A DNA stretch of 64,000 bases from Phallusia mammillata. Its lineage: Eukaryota. This document shows positions 62,382-64,000 of this stretch, piece by piece (the first letter of the stretch is position 1; each line of letters starts with the position of its first letter). Under the pieces are notes generated by a model. The model did not search any database. It saw only the letters and a program-made list of their open reading frames with translations, and was not told where the DNA came from. The stretch is taken from NCBI GenBank assembly GCA_965637545.1, contig OZ281494.1, positions 8,742,001 through 8,806,000 of the forward strand, read 5' to 3'. The position numbers and the translations under genes are program-made.

Positions 62382-64000
62382 TGGAGAGTTCAAATGTTAG
62401 CGAGATCAAAATTTAAGCAGAGGGGGGGGATGAAAGTTTAAACAAGTAGTTTTGAATGTTTTGGTTATTCTCAACTTCCCTGTATTTGTAGGAATCTGTC
62501 TTTGGTTCTTTAAACAATGACGACATTAGTTTGGTTTCTACAAAATTTCATTGCAATTAGTTCGAAGTAGGCTCTGAAAAAATACATTCAACCAAGCCTC
62601 TTGCCTGAGCTGTGGGTCACACTAACGTCGCTATTTTGTGCATTACCCCTTTTAGTGTCTTAAATGCTTAACGTGTACATAAGAGTGTTGTAACACCGTT
62701 GCTGCAAGACCAAATATTAACAATTAATCTATTGTATTTCGTATGTTGTCGCTATGTGATAACACCAGTCGCAATTTCGCTATGTGATAAAACCAGTCGC
62801 AAATCATATTAAACCGTTTCAACTTTTAAACACGGGCTCTGCACGTAATATTTTGCTTGGTTAAAACAAATATACATGCAATGGTAGTGGTTCTTTTTAG
62901 TCTTTTATGCAATATTAGTTCTTTTTACCAAAGCATTTGTGTATTTAACCACTGGTGATGTTGTAAAAAAGCAAATGGTTAACTCATTTGTGGCTTTGAA
63001 AGGATAAATATATAATTTTTCAAACAATGCCACTATTTTACCACTATTGTGTTATGTTTTCTTCTTTTGCTATTATTTCTGGCGTGTAAAGTTACACGTA
63101 CTCGGAGCTGCTATTTCATGGTTATTGTTAACGAGTCTATTTGCAGATAATGACAAAACATTTCCAGTTCCTCTTGTCTGCATGTTGAACGGCTTCAGTA
63201 TACGGCAAATAGCACAGGAATCATCCTTGCATGCGCTGTTTGTATCGTTTAGATAGGCTAAATATAAACATTTCATTAATATCATGACAAATGTCCTTTA
63301 TCTATTGTGATCTACTGAGAGTTGTACTTCTCATTTGTGTTCTGTGTCAACCACAGATCTTCCTGTGGTGAAAAACAACAAGTTTTGACCAAGTGAACGG
63401 GTGCAGTCTGTATAGTAGTGACATTTTAAGTGCCCCCCATAAAGGTTAAAGCACAAACAGTAAAATTAGGTTTGTCGTAAGTTTTATCCTCTAAATTGAC
63501 TATTTCATCAGATAAGGGACAATCAAAAACAGAGCCATAACACGATAATACACACCAATCCCACAAAAAAGCAAGTGTAAGTCAAAATCAAACGATATGA
63601 GACACATGGTCAACAAGTTTGCGGTATTTAAAACTATACGAAGTTTAAATGGTAAAATTATAAAAATACATAACTGCCACGCCTTAGTACCACCGCACGA
63701 TAAATGAAACTACGTTTGATATTACAAACGGCACGCTAGTTGACAAACACGAATAATCGAAATAATAGTTTGAATCTCGTCACTTGATAAAAACTTGTTG
63801 TTTGTATTCAAATGCAAGCACCTGATGGCTGTTGATTATGGGAACTTTTGAGATCATTTTTTTGGCTGATGTTTTATAATATGAAAGTACTCGGTACTTT
63901 TATACTTTCTTTCTGCAAAAACCGCAATGAAAAATGTTCACCCTTTTCATAAAATACACAAGTAATGAGAAAGTCCCCCTTTCAAAATACTCACATCACT

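Noticed and set aside
63073-63620. Possible minus-strand exons (AYLNDTNSACKDDSCAICRILKPF; a hydrophobic stretch at about 63540-63600)
   Set aside because: Frames are interrupted and no consistent model could be built; may be a pseudogene.
1-64000. Polycistronic operon suggested by the strong minus-strand bias
   Set aside because: Intergenic gaps are 1.6 kb or more, with no poly(A)/trans-splice acceptor juxtaposition evident; tandem duplication explains the bias.

Overview
AT-rich eukaryotic (metazoan) genomic DNA with compact, intron-containing genes, almost all on the minus strand. There are no prokaryotic features. The short introns, gene density and clavanin/styelin-type peptide precursors suggest an ascidian (tunicate), but this is inference. 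From left to right: the 5' end of a secreted or membrane protein gene running off the window; adhesion GPCR 1; an SLC5A8/SMCT-like sodium:solute symporter; a probably secreted CCP(sushi)/EGF protein; adhesion GPCRs 2 and 3; a ~5.3-kb segmental duplication carrying two secreted LRR-only genes; two small spliced genes missed by the ORF track; and an inverted 3' fragment of a fourth adhesion GPCR. Both small genes encode signal peptide + cationic peptide + Gly + acidic tail precursors, i.e. candidate novel antimicrobial peptides, and they are interleaved with the LRR genes. Introns and intergenic DNA carry MITEs, minisatellites, LINE relics and about ten Penelope-type minimal hammerhead-ribozyme motifs in four families. 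The only copy with both an intact core and a consensus cleavage-site region lies antisense to its host gene. All gene models were spliced by hand using GT-AG signals and phase checks; no database search was run.
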